From: Octopus sinensis
Taxonomy: Eukaryota
Length of the DNA: 64,000 bases
Assembly (NCBI RefSeq): GCF_006345805.1
Contig: NC_043001.1
Coordinates: 117,924,001 to 117,988,000, forward strand
Direction of reading: 5' to 3'
Position numbers and translations under genes: made by a program. Within the stretch, counting starts at the first letter, position 1, and each line of letters starts with the position of its first letter. This document shows positions 12,378 through 25,148 of this stretch, piece after piece. Under the pieces are notes generated by a model. That model did not search any database. It saw nothing but the letters and a program-made list of their open reading frames with translations, and had not been told where the DNA came from.

Positions 12378-13739
12378 GGACGTTGCCTTTCCTTATGCGA
12401 CTAAACCATACCAAAAAGTGAATTTAAAAGTTTAAAAAAAACACGAATTACTCCAGTTTCAAATTTTATCTTTTTTGTCTTAACATCACCACCAACACTA
12501 ACAATAACATAGGCAAGAACACTGCCCCATTACAACAACAGTAACAATTCTATCACAAGCAGCACCACTACCATTTCCACCTGCACTATGACCACCATTA
12601 CCACCATCACCACTACTAACACCACCGCCACAGCAACAGCAACAACAATAACAACAATGAATCTCCCTTAAATTACATATTACCGTTTTAGATATGTTTG
12701 ATCAAGGCTCATCCGATGCTAAACAACGACAGCGTTGATCTAAAAGGAAAGTTCAGAAAATGCAACGCAAACGAAGTAAGACTAGGGTACTAAAACGAAC
12801 CCTTACGTGTGATTAGATTGAAATGGTGGAAGCTTTGAAGGTGAGGGATATGCTAATATAATTTTCCTTAATGTTTCTTTGTTTAACGGGGACTTATTAA
12901 TTTACTTATTTATTTATTTCATAACTACTCCTACAGCCTCGTTTCCAGACCTCTTATTACCAAACCGGATTAAATAGTGACCGAACTATATATGTTTGAC
13001 TTAACTTTATATTCCTTCTTCTTCCATCTTTTCCCCCTTAATTTATTTGTTTGTCGCTTGTAGATTTGATAATACTGCAAATAGAGAAATAGCATGAAAA
13101 TCATACGGGTTTACAGCAAATATGGTAACAAAGAAAGGGAAAAGAAGAAAAAGGAGAGAAAAAGCAATAAAAGAAACTTTTTTAAGGGAGCTGCAATTGT
13201 ATGACTATATAGTATTACTCTCTTACTTTTAATTTCTCAAGTATTAAGATTTCTCACCATACAAAAACTGACTCACTTTCTCCTCTTTTCTACCAAAAGT
13301 TCCGCCTGCATGAATAAAAATATCTAAAAAAAAAGGACCAAAATACTAATACTAAAAAAAGAAAAGAGAAAGTAAATTTTAAAAAAAAGAGAGGAAAGCG
13401 AAAAGAAGCCAAAAGGTGGCGATGAACGAACGCTGAAAATCTGTTCCATTTCTTAGTTTTAGTTCCTATTCTTATCTAACATCTTCAACAGGCGTCCCTT
13501 ATTTAAGATGGGGAAGGTTAGCAACAGCAAGAACAAAAATTAAACAATAATAAAAAAGAAAATAAGCATAAAATGAAATCACCGACAGAACCCTAAATAA
13601 GGTGGAGGAGGCAACCTAATTCTTACACGAACAATGAAGTAAAAAATATTCAGTTCGTGCCTTTCTTCCACTCACCCCTCCACCAACAACGACCACGTCT
13701 TCACATCGGTTTTCTCTTGCAATAAAGAGAAAGCGATTA

Positions 13740-13810
13740 GATCTTGGCGCACCCTTCTTTGCCTTTAATTTCTTCTCTACCTTTCTCTTTCTCCTTTTCT
13801 TTTAGCGAAA

Positions 13811-13843
<33 letters not shown>

Positions 13844-15428
13844 TACTCTTTCTTCTCCCTTGCATTTTTCACTGCTTCACTACTGTTCCTTTCGCTAATT
13901 TCGTTTGTTCCTTTATCCTCCCGCTCCCACCTTACAAGTGTCACACCATATTTTTCAAGCTTGACTTCATCTCAAAGTAACCTTCTCCTCACCCTTCACA
14001 CCCTCTTACCCACCATCAACTGTTCGCTCTGTCCGACTTCCCTCTGCCTCTCCTTTCCCATCTTCGGTTTTCATCCTTTCTCTCCTCCTCGTCTTTCCTT
14101 ATCCTCTCCCACCTTCTTCCTTCTCCTCGTCATCTTTCACCGTTCTTTTGAGAAAAAAGAATATACTTTATCTCAAATTCATTTTTCGGCACCTTAGTGT
14201 TATTCTTTTATTTTATTGTCTGTTCACCTTTTTTGGTTTTTATATATTTATTTATTGCTTGGGAGGGTGAGGTTGATGGCTGCTAGCGGTAAGGGACATA
14301 TTCCTTAAATCTTCACATCTACCTGCCTGCCCTAGAAAATTTTCTTACCATGCAACAACATATTTTTCTCCGCCCCCTCCCCCCCCTCCCATTGCAAAAC
14401 GCAGCAACGTGGTGCGTTGAAGAGTAGAACTTATCACAGCCACCTCCCCTCCCCTCGGGATACACACAGCCAGTATAATTACTCTTTACAACAACAACAA
14501 CTGTGGGGGCTCACTTCGCATCAGAGAAGAAACTTCTTTCGGGAAGACTCGTTGGAGCAAAGTGGTCATTATTGAAATAAAGAAAAGCTATTGAAGAGAC
14601 ATGATGGAGGAGCAGTAGTGATGGGAGATTGGGGCGGTGATGGTGTTTGTAAGAGCCGCCGCCGCCGCCGCCACCGCATTGGTGGTGGTGGTGGTGGTGG
14701 TGGTGGTGAGGCTTTTGATGGTAACATTGATGGTGTCGATGACTGTGCGGATAGTAATGCGATGGTGGAGTGGTGATGGTATGGTCATGACGATGATATA
14801 CTGCTGCTGCTACTAGATAGGCGTTCTAGCTGTGACCATCATGACATTTTGTAAATTAAGGATTACTTTATCCAACATGTCTTTCCTTCTTAGAGAAAAT
14901 GGAATTACATATGAGCGATGTTTGGTTGCGATTTTTAGCAGACAGAGCCACCACGAAGAGTTTCCCTCGTTGGCTGGATAGCGGCATTGAGTGGTGGTGG
15001 CCATGTGGCCGCCATGGTAGTCATACTAGTCGACTTTGTGGTGATAGGTAACGGTGATTACGGTCAAAGTGATGGTGATTACCGATGGCGAAAACTGATG
15101 ATGATGATGATGATGATGATGATAATTGAGGTAGTGGTGGTGGTGGTGGTGGTGGTGTGAACAATGACTGTTGACGGTGGTTGTGACGGCCATGATAGTG
15201 CAGGCATTGAATGATGATGATGATGATGATGATGATGGTAGTGATGGTAGTGGCAGTGTATGATGGTGTTGAAGGTAGACAGAGCTGATGGCGCTGGTAG
15301 TGAAAGTGGTGAAGGCAGTATGTAATGCAGATAAAGATGCTTTGAAACCCTTATCTTTTCCCTATCTTCTGGCCCCTTCACAACGCTTTTCTTTTCTTCT
15401 ACTCGTGTACATCTTTCTGATCAATATT

Positions 15429-15473
<45 letters not shown>

Positions 15474-15867
15474 CTCTCTTTCAATCTCTTCCTTTTTCCA
15501 GTTTCTCATTTTCCTTCTTTTCCCTAATCTTCAATGTTCTCCCTTTCTTCTTGTCTACGCCCTTCTCTCCTCTTTCAGTTAAGGAGTCTTCGACTCGATC
15601 CCATCACTGTCAAACACACGCACACACGCATAGAGAGAGAAAGAGAGCGAGAGAGCGCGAGTGAGTGAGTGAGTGTGGGTGACTGGTGAGACACACGCAC
15701 ACGAATCTATCGCCGACCCACCACACAACGCGTGCGGCATGTTCTAGAAGAAGAAGAAGAAGAAGAAAGAAAAGAAACACGTTTAAGTTGTGTCGCCAAC
15801 TGAAGAAGTAGCAGTGAATAATCATTTGTTGAGTGAATCAAGTACAGCAAGTGTGTGTGTGTGTGTA

Positions 15868-15917
<50 letters not shown>

Positions 15918-15920
15918 TGT
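13740..15920. repeat. Low-complexity block of (CT)n, (GGT)n, (GAT)n, (GAA)n and (GT)n runs
   Basis: Direct reading. Confidence 0.85.
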
Positions 15921-16174
15921 GCGCGCACGTGCGTGTGTGTACAAAATGGAAGAGTACCCAATATATACTATAAAGTTTTCTGTATTCGTTTATTCGCTCG
16001 AAGTTGGTGATTCATTTCGTTGTTTATCAGTTTCCATCTCCATGTAATCCTTTGGTTGGTCCCAAAATGCCTTTCTCAGGTGAAACAAAAAGCTCGGAGT
16101 AGAAAAAAATATTTACTCCTTAGCTTTGAACTGGTGTGTGTATGCGTGTGTATGTGTGTGCGCGCGCGCACGTG

Positions 16175-16222
<48 letters not shown>

Positions 16223-16224
<2 letters not shown>

Positions 16225-16440
16225 TCTTTTATTCTTTTACTTGTTTCAGTAATTTGACTGCGGCCATGCTGGAGCACCACCTTTAGTCGAGCAAATCGAC
16301 CCAAGACTTATTCTTGTAAGCCTAGTAATTATTCTATCGGTCTTTTGCCGAAACCGCTAAGTTACGTGGACGTAAACACACCAGCATCGGTTGTCAAGCG
16401 ATGTTGGGGGACAAACACAGACACACAAACATATACATAC

Positions 16441-16473
<33 letters not shown>

Positions 16474-16637
16474 ATATCCTATATATATACGACAGGCTTC
16501 TTTCAGTTTCTGTCTCCCAAATCCACTCACAAGGCTTTGGTCGGCCCAAGGCTATAGTAGGGACACTTGCCCAAAGTGCCACGCAGTGGGACTGAAACCG
16601 GAACTAAGTGGTTCGTAAGCAAGCTACTTACCACTCC
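16223..16637 (-). mobile_element. tRNA-derived SINE family A
   Basis: Reverse complement of the SINE at 17651: GTGGTAAGTAGCTT head, GGTTCAGTCCC B-box-like motif, internal (TA)n, and GGTGCTCCAGCATGGCCGCAGTC..CTGAAAC tail. Confidence 0.85.
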
Positions 16638-16722
16638 TATTTAATTTCAATTAAATATAACATTTGATCACTTATTTTCTTTATTCAAAATTCGGACAGA
16701 ACTTATGGGATAACCTGATGAT

Positions 16723-16762
<40 letters not shown>

Positions 16763-17233
16763 ATATATATATAAAGAAAAACTCTCTATATAGTGTTTGC
16801 TCAATTCAACTCATGAAAGTATGGGGGTAGAGACATTAAAAAATCAAATGCAAAGGTTATTTGAGAACGTACGTTTTCAAGATTAGTCAAACTCGACATT
16901 TCTATCATCAGCTCAGAACTCCCTGGTTTGGATTTGAAAACACTGAAAGTGGGAGCATACCCTTTCGCTTCTTTTCGCTTCTGGAGATTGCTCGAAACTA
17001 ACAGTGCCAGCAAACTCAAAAATGCAAGCGAAGAATTCTGCTCTCCCCTTTCCACCAGCGGGGGTGAAAATCAGTAAACACTATGCTTTTTTCGGTAAAA
17101 TCCGAGGCATTATATAGAGAGAGATGAATATAAATTTCAACAATTGAGGGTAAAATAATTATTAATCAATTTCACCAAGTATTCAGTATGCAAAGGGACC
17201 AATTAAGGCGAATTCAAATTATTACATTATATA

Positions 17234-17339
17234 AAAGGGCTTAGTAAAATAAATTACTTTGCCGCATACTGAACTCATTGAAAACTCATTTCTAATGAGT
17301 TCAGTATGCGGCAAAGTAATTTATTTTACTAAGCCCTTT
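17234..17339. repeat. Perfect 46-bp inverted repeat with a 14-nt spacer
   Basis: 17234-17279 is the exact reverse complement of 17294-17339. Confidence 0.95.
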
Positions 17340-17390
17340 ATAATAATATATATATATATATATATGATATATATATATATAATATATATA

Positions 17391-17434
<44 letters not shown>

Positions 17435-17650
17435 ACCGCGTGTGTACCGTTGGCGATTTTTTTTCTCCGTCTTCCCTTCTCTGGATCTTTCCTTTTCTGA
17501 CGAAGAGCTCCGCTTGAAACGTTAAACCCTCCTTCTTCCCTTCCTTCCTGAGCATCCAATAATACTATATTTGTTCCACGTCCTCGCATTGTTGTGCTTT
17601 CTCTTTGTGTTTTCATGTTTGGATTAACTTTATACAAATATATATATATA

Positions 17651-18052
17651 GGCGCAGGAGTGGCTGTGTGGTAAGTAGCTTGTTTACCAACCACATGGTT
17701 CCGGGTTCAGTCCCACTGCGTGGCACCTTGGGCAAGTGTCTTCTACTATAGCCTCAGGCCGACCAAAGCTTGTGAGTGGATTGGTAGACGGAAACTGAAA
17801 GAAGCCCGTCATATATATATATATATATATATATATGCGGTGTGTGTGGTTTGTGTGTCCGTGTTTGTCCCCCTAGATTGCTTGACAACCGATGCTGGTG
17901 TGTTTATGTCCCCGTCACTTAGCGGTTCGGCAAAATGACCGATAGAATAAATACTGGGCTTACAAAAGAATAAGTCCGGGGTCGAGTTGCTCGATTAAAG
18001 GCGGTGCTCAGCATGGCCGCAGTCAAATGACTGAAAAAAGTAAACGATAAAC
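17651..18052 (+). mobile_element. tRNA-derived SINE family A
   Basis: Head GGCGCAGGAGTGGCTGTGTGGTAAGTAGC..GGTTCCGGGTTCAGTCCC (A/B boxes), internal microsatellite, LINE-like 3' tail. Confidence 0.88.
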
Positions 18053-18439
18053 GATATATATATATATATATATAAGTATATGAAAGAATGGAGTTGAACG
18101 ACTAGTTAACAAATATCCTTTATTCTCGACATATGTTTCGAGGCTGATATTCTAATTCCGTGTCCTTTCTGATGTGAATTTGCTACCCAGGTATCGGTTA
18201 TCTTCGAATTATCCTTAATAAGATAATTCATTCAATTACTCAAATATATATATATAACTATATTATAATATTATATATATATATATATATATAATATTAT
18301 ATATATATATAGTATATATATAAACTGTAAAAACGGACAAAGAGGAAAGAAACGGAATGAAGTGAGAATTCGAAAAATCGAAAATTCAAACGAACCCGAC
18401 GCGAAGCGCTGTCAGACAATAGTGTAATAAATAAAATAT

Positions 18440-18864
18440 ATGCATACATACAAACATATATGTACGTACCGACATCTACATGTATATATACGTACAGGAC
18501 ATCACAGGAAGACGAAACAAATCAACAGAACGAAAACGGAAAAGACATTTTGTTACAACAGAAGGACAGAGACGTGGAACAAGACGAAACGAAAACGAAA
18601 ACGGGAAAAACAATTAAGTGCAGCAGAAAAACGAAGTACAGGACATGCTGCACAAGGAAAAATCCCCTTCATCAGCTGTCGCTAGCAGACACGTGTTTCG
18701 AAGGCAGAGACAGAACACGTAAGGTCAAGCTAAGCCTTCCTACGAGAGAATTAAAATAAAATAAACTCGTAGAGGGGTAAACGAGCAAGAAAAAATGTAA
18801 CACAAAAAGGGACGTAACAAAGAACTGCACAAAAAATACATACTTGTGCAGCATGTCCTGTACT
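18440..18864 (-). mobile_element. Penelope pLTR-like fragment with a permuted hammerhead-like motif (18664-18705) and a 22-bp inverted junction repeat
   Basis: Minus strand CCTTC-GAAA-CACGT-GTC-TGCTAGCGACAG-CTGATGA-AGGGG; 18635-18656 is inverted at 18843-18864. Confidence 0.45.
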
Positions 18865-18990
18865 AACCAGCCACATGGTTCCGGGTTCAGTCCCACTGCG
18901 TGGCACCTTGGGCAAGTGTCTTCTGCTATAGCCCCGGGCCGACCAATGCCTTGTGAGTGGATTTGGTAGACGGAAACTGAAAGAAGCCTG

Positions 18991-19080
<90 letters not shown>

Positions 19081-19293
19081 TTGGTTGTCTGTGTTTGTCC
19101 CCCTAGCATTGCTTGACAACCGATGCTGGTGTGTTTACGTCCCCGTAACTTAGCGGTTCGGCAAAAGAGAACGATAGAAGAATAAGTACTGGGCTTACAA
19201 AAGAATAAGTTCCGGGGTCGATTTGCTCGACTAAAGGCGGTGCTCCAGCATGGCCGCAGTCAAATGACTGAAACAAGTAAAAGAGAGTAGAGT
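18865..19293 (+). mobile_element. tRNA-derived SINE family A (5'-clipped)
   Basis: Aligns by eye to 17651-18052 from the B-box to the tail. Confidence 0.88.
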
Positions 19294-19314
19294 ATTATAT
19301 ATATATAATATATA

Positions 19315-19350
<36 letters not shown>

Positions 19351-19434
19351 TGTATGTATGTATGTATTGTTAGTATATACATACATACACACACACACAC
19401 ACATATATATATACATATATATATACATACATAT

Positions 19435-20501
19435 ATCCCATAAGTTCTGTCCGAATTTTGAATAAAGAAAACAAGTGTTATATTTAATTGATTATCTATG
19501 ACTTCCTTCCATCTATTTACAACCCTTTTAATCCTCCTGGTTTGCGAAAGTTATGTCCCCCAAACGATTCTGTAAACTACGAAACAAATGGTAGTCTGAA
19601 GGACCAAGGTCGGGAGAATAAGGTGGATGAGGAATTTTTTTCTGTGATGTAAACTTTGCAGTGTGGGGTCGCACATTGTCCTAATAATGTCTTTTTTTCT
19701 TCAAAGCTTGGTTCAAACTCTCTAATTGCTGACAGTAGACTTGAGCATTGATTGTTGCATTAGGTGGTAACAATTCAAAATGAATTAAAAATTTTTTTTG
19801 CAATCCCACCACATAGAGAGAAGAACCTTTTCCCCATGAAGCTCCCTTCTCGGTTGTGGTTGAACTTTTCCCCTTTTACCAGGTCACTTTTTACGACGTT
19901 TAACATTTCGATAGAAGATCCAGTTTTCGTCACCAGTCACAAGTCTATCCAAAACGGGTGAAATGAGTTCGCGAGAATGGAGAGATGTCAATTCGGGATT
20001 TGCGGTTGCTTTCGGACAATTCATGAGGCACCCATTTTCCAAGTTTAGGAACCTTTCCAAGTTGTTGAAGATGACGATGAACAATTGCCTCAAGTAATGC
20101 CTCAAGGGGGCATTACTCAACTGGACTTCCTGTTCGATCTTCATCTTCAAGGCTGAAATCTCCACTTCTGAATTTTGCAAACCATCTTCTGCAAGTTCTT
20201 TCATTCAAGCATTCTTTCCCATAAACTGAGTGTATGTTTCGAGTCGCATCGGCTGCAGAATTTCTTTTTTCTACTCATAAAGCATTATGTGCCTCAAATG
20301 CTCTTTGCATAATTCCATGTAAAAAGGGTTTTAATCAAAGAAATTTTAATTCTATCATTCTGTAAAATAATATTTAATTAGTTAAAATGTACACAAATAC
20401 ATAAAAATAATTTTTAATTCCATTAGACATTCTAAAATACTATTAAATTTCATTCAATTTTAAAAAAGGTAAAATCGAACAGAACTTATGGGATGACCCG
20501 A
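19435..20501 (-). mobile_element. Mariner DNA transposon (degenerate)
   Basis: TIRs ATCCCATAAGTTCTGTCCGAATTTT (left) and AAAATCGAACAGAACTTATGGGATGACCCGA (right); transposase motifs LVTGDENWIFYRNVKR and HPPYSPDLGPSDYHLF. A solo TIR copy lies at ~16690-16720. Confidence 0.88.
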
Positions 20502-20517
20502 TATACCACACACACAC

Positions 20518-20555
<38 letters not shown>

Positions 20556-20577
20556 ACACACACACAATATATACATA

Positions 20578-20625
<48 letters not shown>

Positions 20626-21147
20626 CATACATATATATATACGTATACATATATATTAACATAAACATATATATACATATATATATTACATATATATATA
20701 TATATATATAATAATATATATATATATATATATATATGCATATATATATATACATATGAATATATACCAGTCCTCTTCCACATGCATACATGCTCTCCTA
20801 TACACACGCACGCGCAACTTCATTTTGGAATCATCACTACTTTATTATCTCCTCTTCTTCCTAGCTCTCCTGTATGACCCCTCCGTCTAGCATTTGCCAT
20901 GATTGAGCGCTAGCCACTACACATTCTTTATTTTCTCTCTTTGTTTCTTTTCGTGCTCCTTCCTGTGGAAGAGCGTACGCTCGAAACGCTAAAGACTCTT
21001 CACTTTCCCAGTGTCAAACTAATACCTCTGTTCGTTGACTACACAACCTGTCTTTCTCCTTTGATTTTTGTGAATTCTGCCCAATATATATATACATATA
21101 TACATACATGCATATACAAATATATGTATATATATACATATATACAC

Positions 21148-21211
<64 letters not shown>

Positions 21212-21699
21212 AATATAGAGATATAAATATATATATATAATATATATAACATATCACATATATATACATATATATGGACATATATACATATATATACATA
21301 TATATATGCATATATATATATACAAATATATATATATATATACAAATATGTATACATATATGTATACATACATATACATATATACGCATACACACACACA
21401 CATATATATATATAAACATGTATATATGCATACATATATATACATATATATATAGACATATATATATACATATATATACATATGTATACATATATATATA
21501 CACACATATATATATATATACATACATATATACATATGTATATACATATATACACACACATATATATATATATGTCCATATATATACATATATATACCTA
21601 CATATATATAGACATATATAGACATATATACATATATATACATATATAAACATATATATATATACATATGTACATAGATATGTATATATATACGTATGC

Positions 21700-22000
21700 A
21701 TGCATGGACGTCACAAAACGTAAACAACATGAAATACGAAAGTAACGTTGGGCACGCAAAGAACGAAAAAAACAAATAGAAAACAGACAAGTAACATAAA
21801 AAAACGACCCTTCATCAGAAGTCGGCTGTCCGACTCCTTATTTTTGAGCAATGAACGACAAAATAAGACTTTGAAGGCAGTTTGGGTTTGCGGAGGATCA
21901 GAGTTGGTAACAAAAACAGAACATACAACAAACCATACGAAATGAATACATAGAGGGAGGGCCGTTAAGCTGAGCCGAGGTAATGTAGCGAACGCTGGAT
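21700..22000 (-). repeat. Dispersed pLTR-like repeat; second copy at ~24485-24790
   Basis: GGACGTCACAAAACGT..AAAAACGACCCTTCA(T/A)CAG..ATAAGACTTTGAA is shared by both loci. Confidence 0.6.
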
Positions 22001-22241
22001 AAGAGAAAAGATAAGAGAGGAGACAGATAGGAATGCGTCTGGACTGCACAACAGACTGAAGGAAAAGAAAGATGATCATGTGAAGAAAGAATATGTGGAC
22101 GATGGTCACGTGTGAGCAACGAGAAAGAGTAAAGGAGGAAGAGGGAAGAGGGAGAGAGAGAGGGAGAGAGAGAACAGTAAAGGAAAGAGTCACATCAAAT
22201 ATATTAAAATAAAACTTGGATGCGTGGCGTTCACTCAAATA

Positions 22242-22639
22242 ATAATAGTATCGCCCGGCGTTGCTCAGGTTTGTAAGGGAAATAACTATATAAGCATTTT
22301 TAGAGAGTTATAGCCAAAAAATAGCAAAAACATGCATTAAAAATGGAAAAAAATTATGGTAATTTTTTTTTTAAATCGTTGACTCATCGTGGACATTTTT
22401 AGAGAGTTACTTCCCTTATATAATAGCGAAAAAAATGCATTAAAATGGAAAAAAATTATGGTAAATTTTTTTTTAAATCGTAGACTCATCGTAGACGCGC
22501 GCTAATACCCAGAAGGGCTCGATATGAATCATGACTATAAGATACCCGGTTTTGGTTAAACTGCACCGCAAAATGTGGGAGTAGTTAGGAATCTAAATCG
22601 TAGGAGACAGACACAAAACCTCTCTTTTATATATAAAGA
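22242..22639 (-). mobile_element. Non-autonomous Helitron (same family as 51926-52435)
   Basis: Minus strand begins A|TCTTTATATATAAA and ends in the CCTGAGCAACGCCGGG hairpin; the terminal CTAG is degraded. Internal sequence matches 51960-52430. Confidence 0.75.
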
Positions 22640-22679
22640 TATATATATATAAATATTATTTTATTTTCTATTTTTTATC

Positions 22680-23970
22680 TAGTTTCAGCTCACAAGCTGT
22701 GGCCATGCTGGGGCACTGCCATTCGGTGTTGCTACATGATTTAACTTCACGAATGCTTTTTAGCAATTGCCATTTGGTGCATGAGAGTGTTCGATGCAGC
22801 TGCCCTCATCTGCACCTCCTGCCGTGAAATTGGTTCATCTGGGACACCTGACAAGAAGAGATCCGGTTTTATTTTAAAGACATCTGCATCCACCCCATGC
22901 AGGTCTCTTAGGTTCTTCGGGAGGATATTGAAGAGCTGTGGACCTCGGAAGCCCAGGCTATCACAGTATCTTGTCCTACATCTTGATGGCAAATTTGAAG
23001 TCCTTGGCACTATGCAGTGGCGCCCAGTTCTGGCATTTGTGTAACTCTCGATGCCAAAGTTTGGGACAAGTCCTTCTAGGATCTTCCAGATGTATATTAT
23101 GGCATATCTTTCTCGCCTACGCTCTAAGGAACAGAGTCTCAATCTCTTGAGTCTTTCCCAATAGCTTATATGCTGCACAGAGGCTATCTTCTTCGTCTAG
23201 CTTCGATGGATCGCCTCAAGTTCTGTGATTAACTTGACACTGGATGGTGAGCATAGCTGAGAGCAATAGTCAAAGTGGCTTAGGACAAGTGTCCTCCAGA
23301 GGACCATCATGGTTTCTTGGACTCTTGTTCTAAAGGTTCTAAGAATCCATCCGGTCAGCCGCCTTCATTTCATTGCCAATTTAGCAACATGCACATGAAA
23401 GGTTGCATCATCACTCATGTAAATACCCAGGTCTCGCACTGATTGTGCCTCTAGGATTGCAATCCCTCCAGGTCCAGTGTATTTATTGGGTATTGCATTT
23501 AGTTTTGCATGCTGATAGCATAAAGCTTGAAACTTTTCAGCATTGAACTGCATGCTATTCTTTTCAGCCCATTTGTATATTTCATCCAGCTCACATTGCA
23601 GGTGCATAGTGTCTTCAGGGTTCTGTATTACCTGTGAAACTTTTGTATCATCTGCATAACTTGAGATCGTGGCTCTCTGCGTGGCAGAGGGCATGTCTGA
23701 GAGGGCCATTATGAACAGTAGTGGTCCCAAAACAGTGCCTTGCGGAACACCTGACTTCTATCCTTCAGAAAGTCATGAAGCCATTCTCCCAATTTTCCAA
23801 CTATGCCAAGATCACGCAGTTTGTGACATATCATTCCATGATCGACTTTATCGAAGGCCTTTGCAAAGTCGAGATATATGACTTCCACATTTGAGTGGTT
23901 GAGCAGTCGTTTCAGCACCCAGTCATAGTGTTGTAGGAGCTGAGTTAAGCAGCTTCTTCCTGGTCAGAAA

Positions 23971-23973
<3 letters not shown>
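22680..23973 (-). mobile_element. CR1-like LINE family A, copy 3 (5'-truncated RT region)
   Basis: [19 protein letters not shown] and SLERRRERY motifs; same 3' tail as copies 1 and 2; 5' end abuts (TA)n. Confidence 0.92.
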
Positions 23974-24043
<70 letters not shown>

Positions 24044-24300
24044 GACGATACAAAATCACGGGCGGGTCATTCGAAGCTTTTAATCTTCAGTCAAGAACCG
24101 GATCATCCTCGCAATTTCGGCTGATTAATCATGAGATTGCTCCAATATTGCCAGCCCCGAGGAAAAACTAAGCTAAGAGCATTAGATTCCTTGGAAAAAA
24201 AGCATCGAATGTATACGAAACAAGGGCGAAAAAACGGACGATGTTACACGAATATAAATACAAAAATAATACAAAAGACAATAATAATAATAATAATAAC

Positions 24301-24357
<57 letters not shown>

Positions 24358-24380
24358 ACAGACACACACACTCATATATA

Positions 24381-24418
<38 letters not shown>

Positions 24419-24818
24419 ATATATGCATACATACACACACATGTACATACATACATATGTACGTATATAGGTATGCATATATGAGTACAGGACGTCACAA
24501 AACGTGAACAACATGAAATACGAAAATAACGTTGGGTACGCAAAGAACGAATGAAACAAAAGGAAAACAAGTAACATAAAAAACGACCCTTCAACAGTTG
24601 CCTTTCAACTCTTCATTTTGAGTAATGAAAGACAGGATAAGACTTTGAAAATAATTGCTCATGCGAAACAAAATAAAATTTGGGATTTGCGGAGGGACAA
24701 AGTTGGTAACAATACATACAACAAACCAACAAATGAAAACAAACATGGAGGGTCGATAGACTCAGTGGAGATATGGTAGCGAACGCTGTGTGTGTATATA
24801 TGCATATATATATATATA

Positions 24819-24874
<56 letters not shown>

Positions 24875-24913
24875 TATATATGTGTGTGTGTGTATATATA
24901 TATATGTGTGTAT

Positions 24914-24969
<56 letters not shown>

Positions 24970-25066
24970 TATACACATATATACACACACCACACACACA
25001 CATATATATATGCATATATATATATATATACACACACACAAATATTTATACATATATACATATATA

Positions 25067-25122
<56 letters not shown>

Positions 25123-25148
25123 GGTGTGTGTGTGTGTGTAAACATATA

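Noticed and set aside
14588-15527. Poly-Thr/His/Gly/Ile ORFs
   Set aside because: Trinucleotide-repeat translations without domain signal.
17651-17725. tRNA-like A/B boxes as tRNA genes (also 16560-16637, 43056-43125, 39950-40031)
   Set aside because: These are SINE heads: no complete cloverleaf, and they continue into SINE bodies.
20443-21790. Many long ORFs rich in Y/I/C/V/H/T (also at 1390, 5981, 16020, 24168-25208, 32668 and elsewhere)
   Set aside because: Translations of (TA)n/(CA)n/(TG)n microsatellites, which lack stop codons in several frames; not proteins.
21780-21870. CUGAUGA-AGGG preceded by an AGUCGG/CCGACU hairpin as a hammerhead (also ~24590)
   Set aside because: No correctly placed GAAA or NUH triplet; the downstream CCCAACGTTA lacks GA in both copies.
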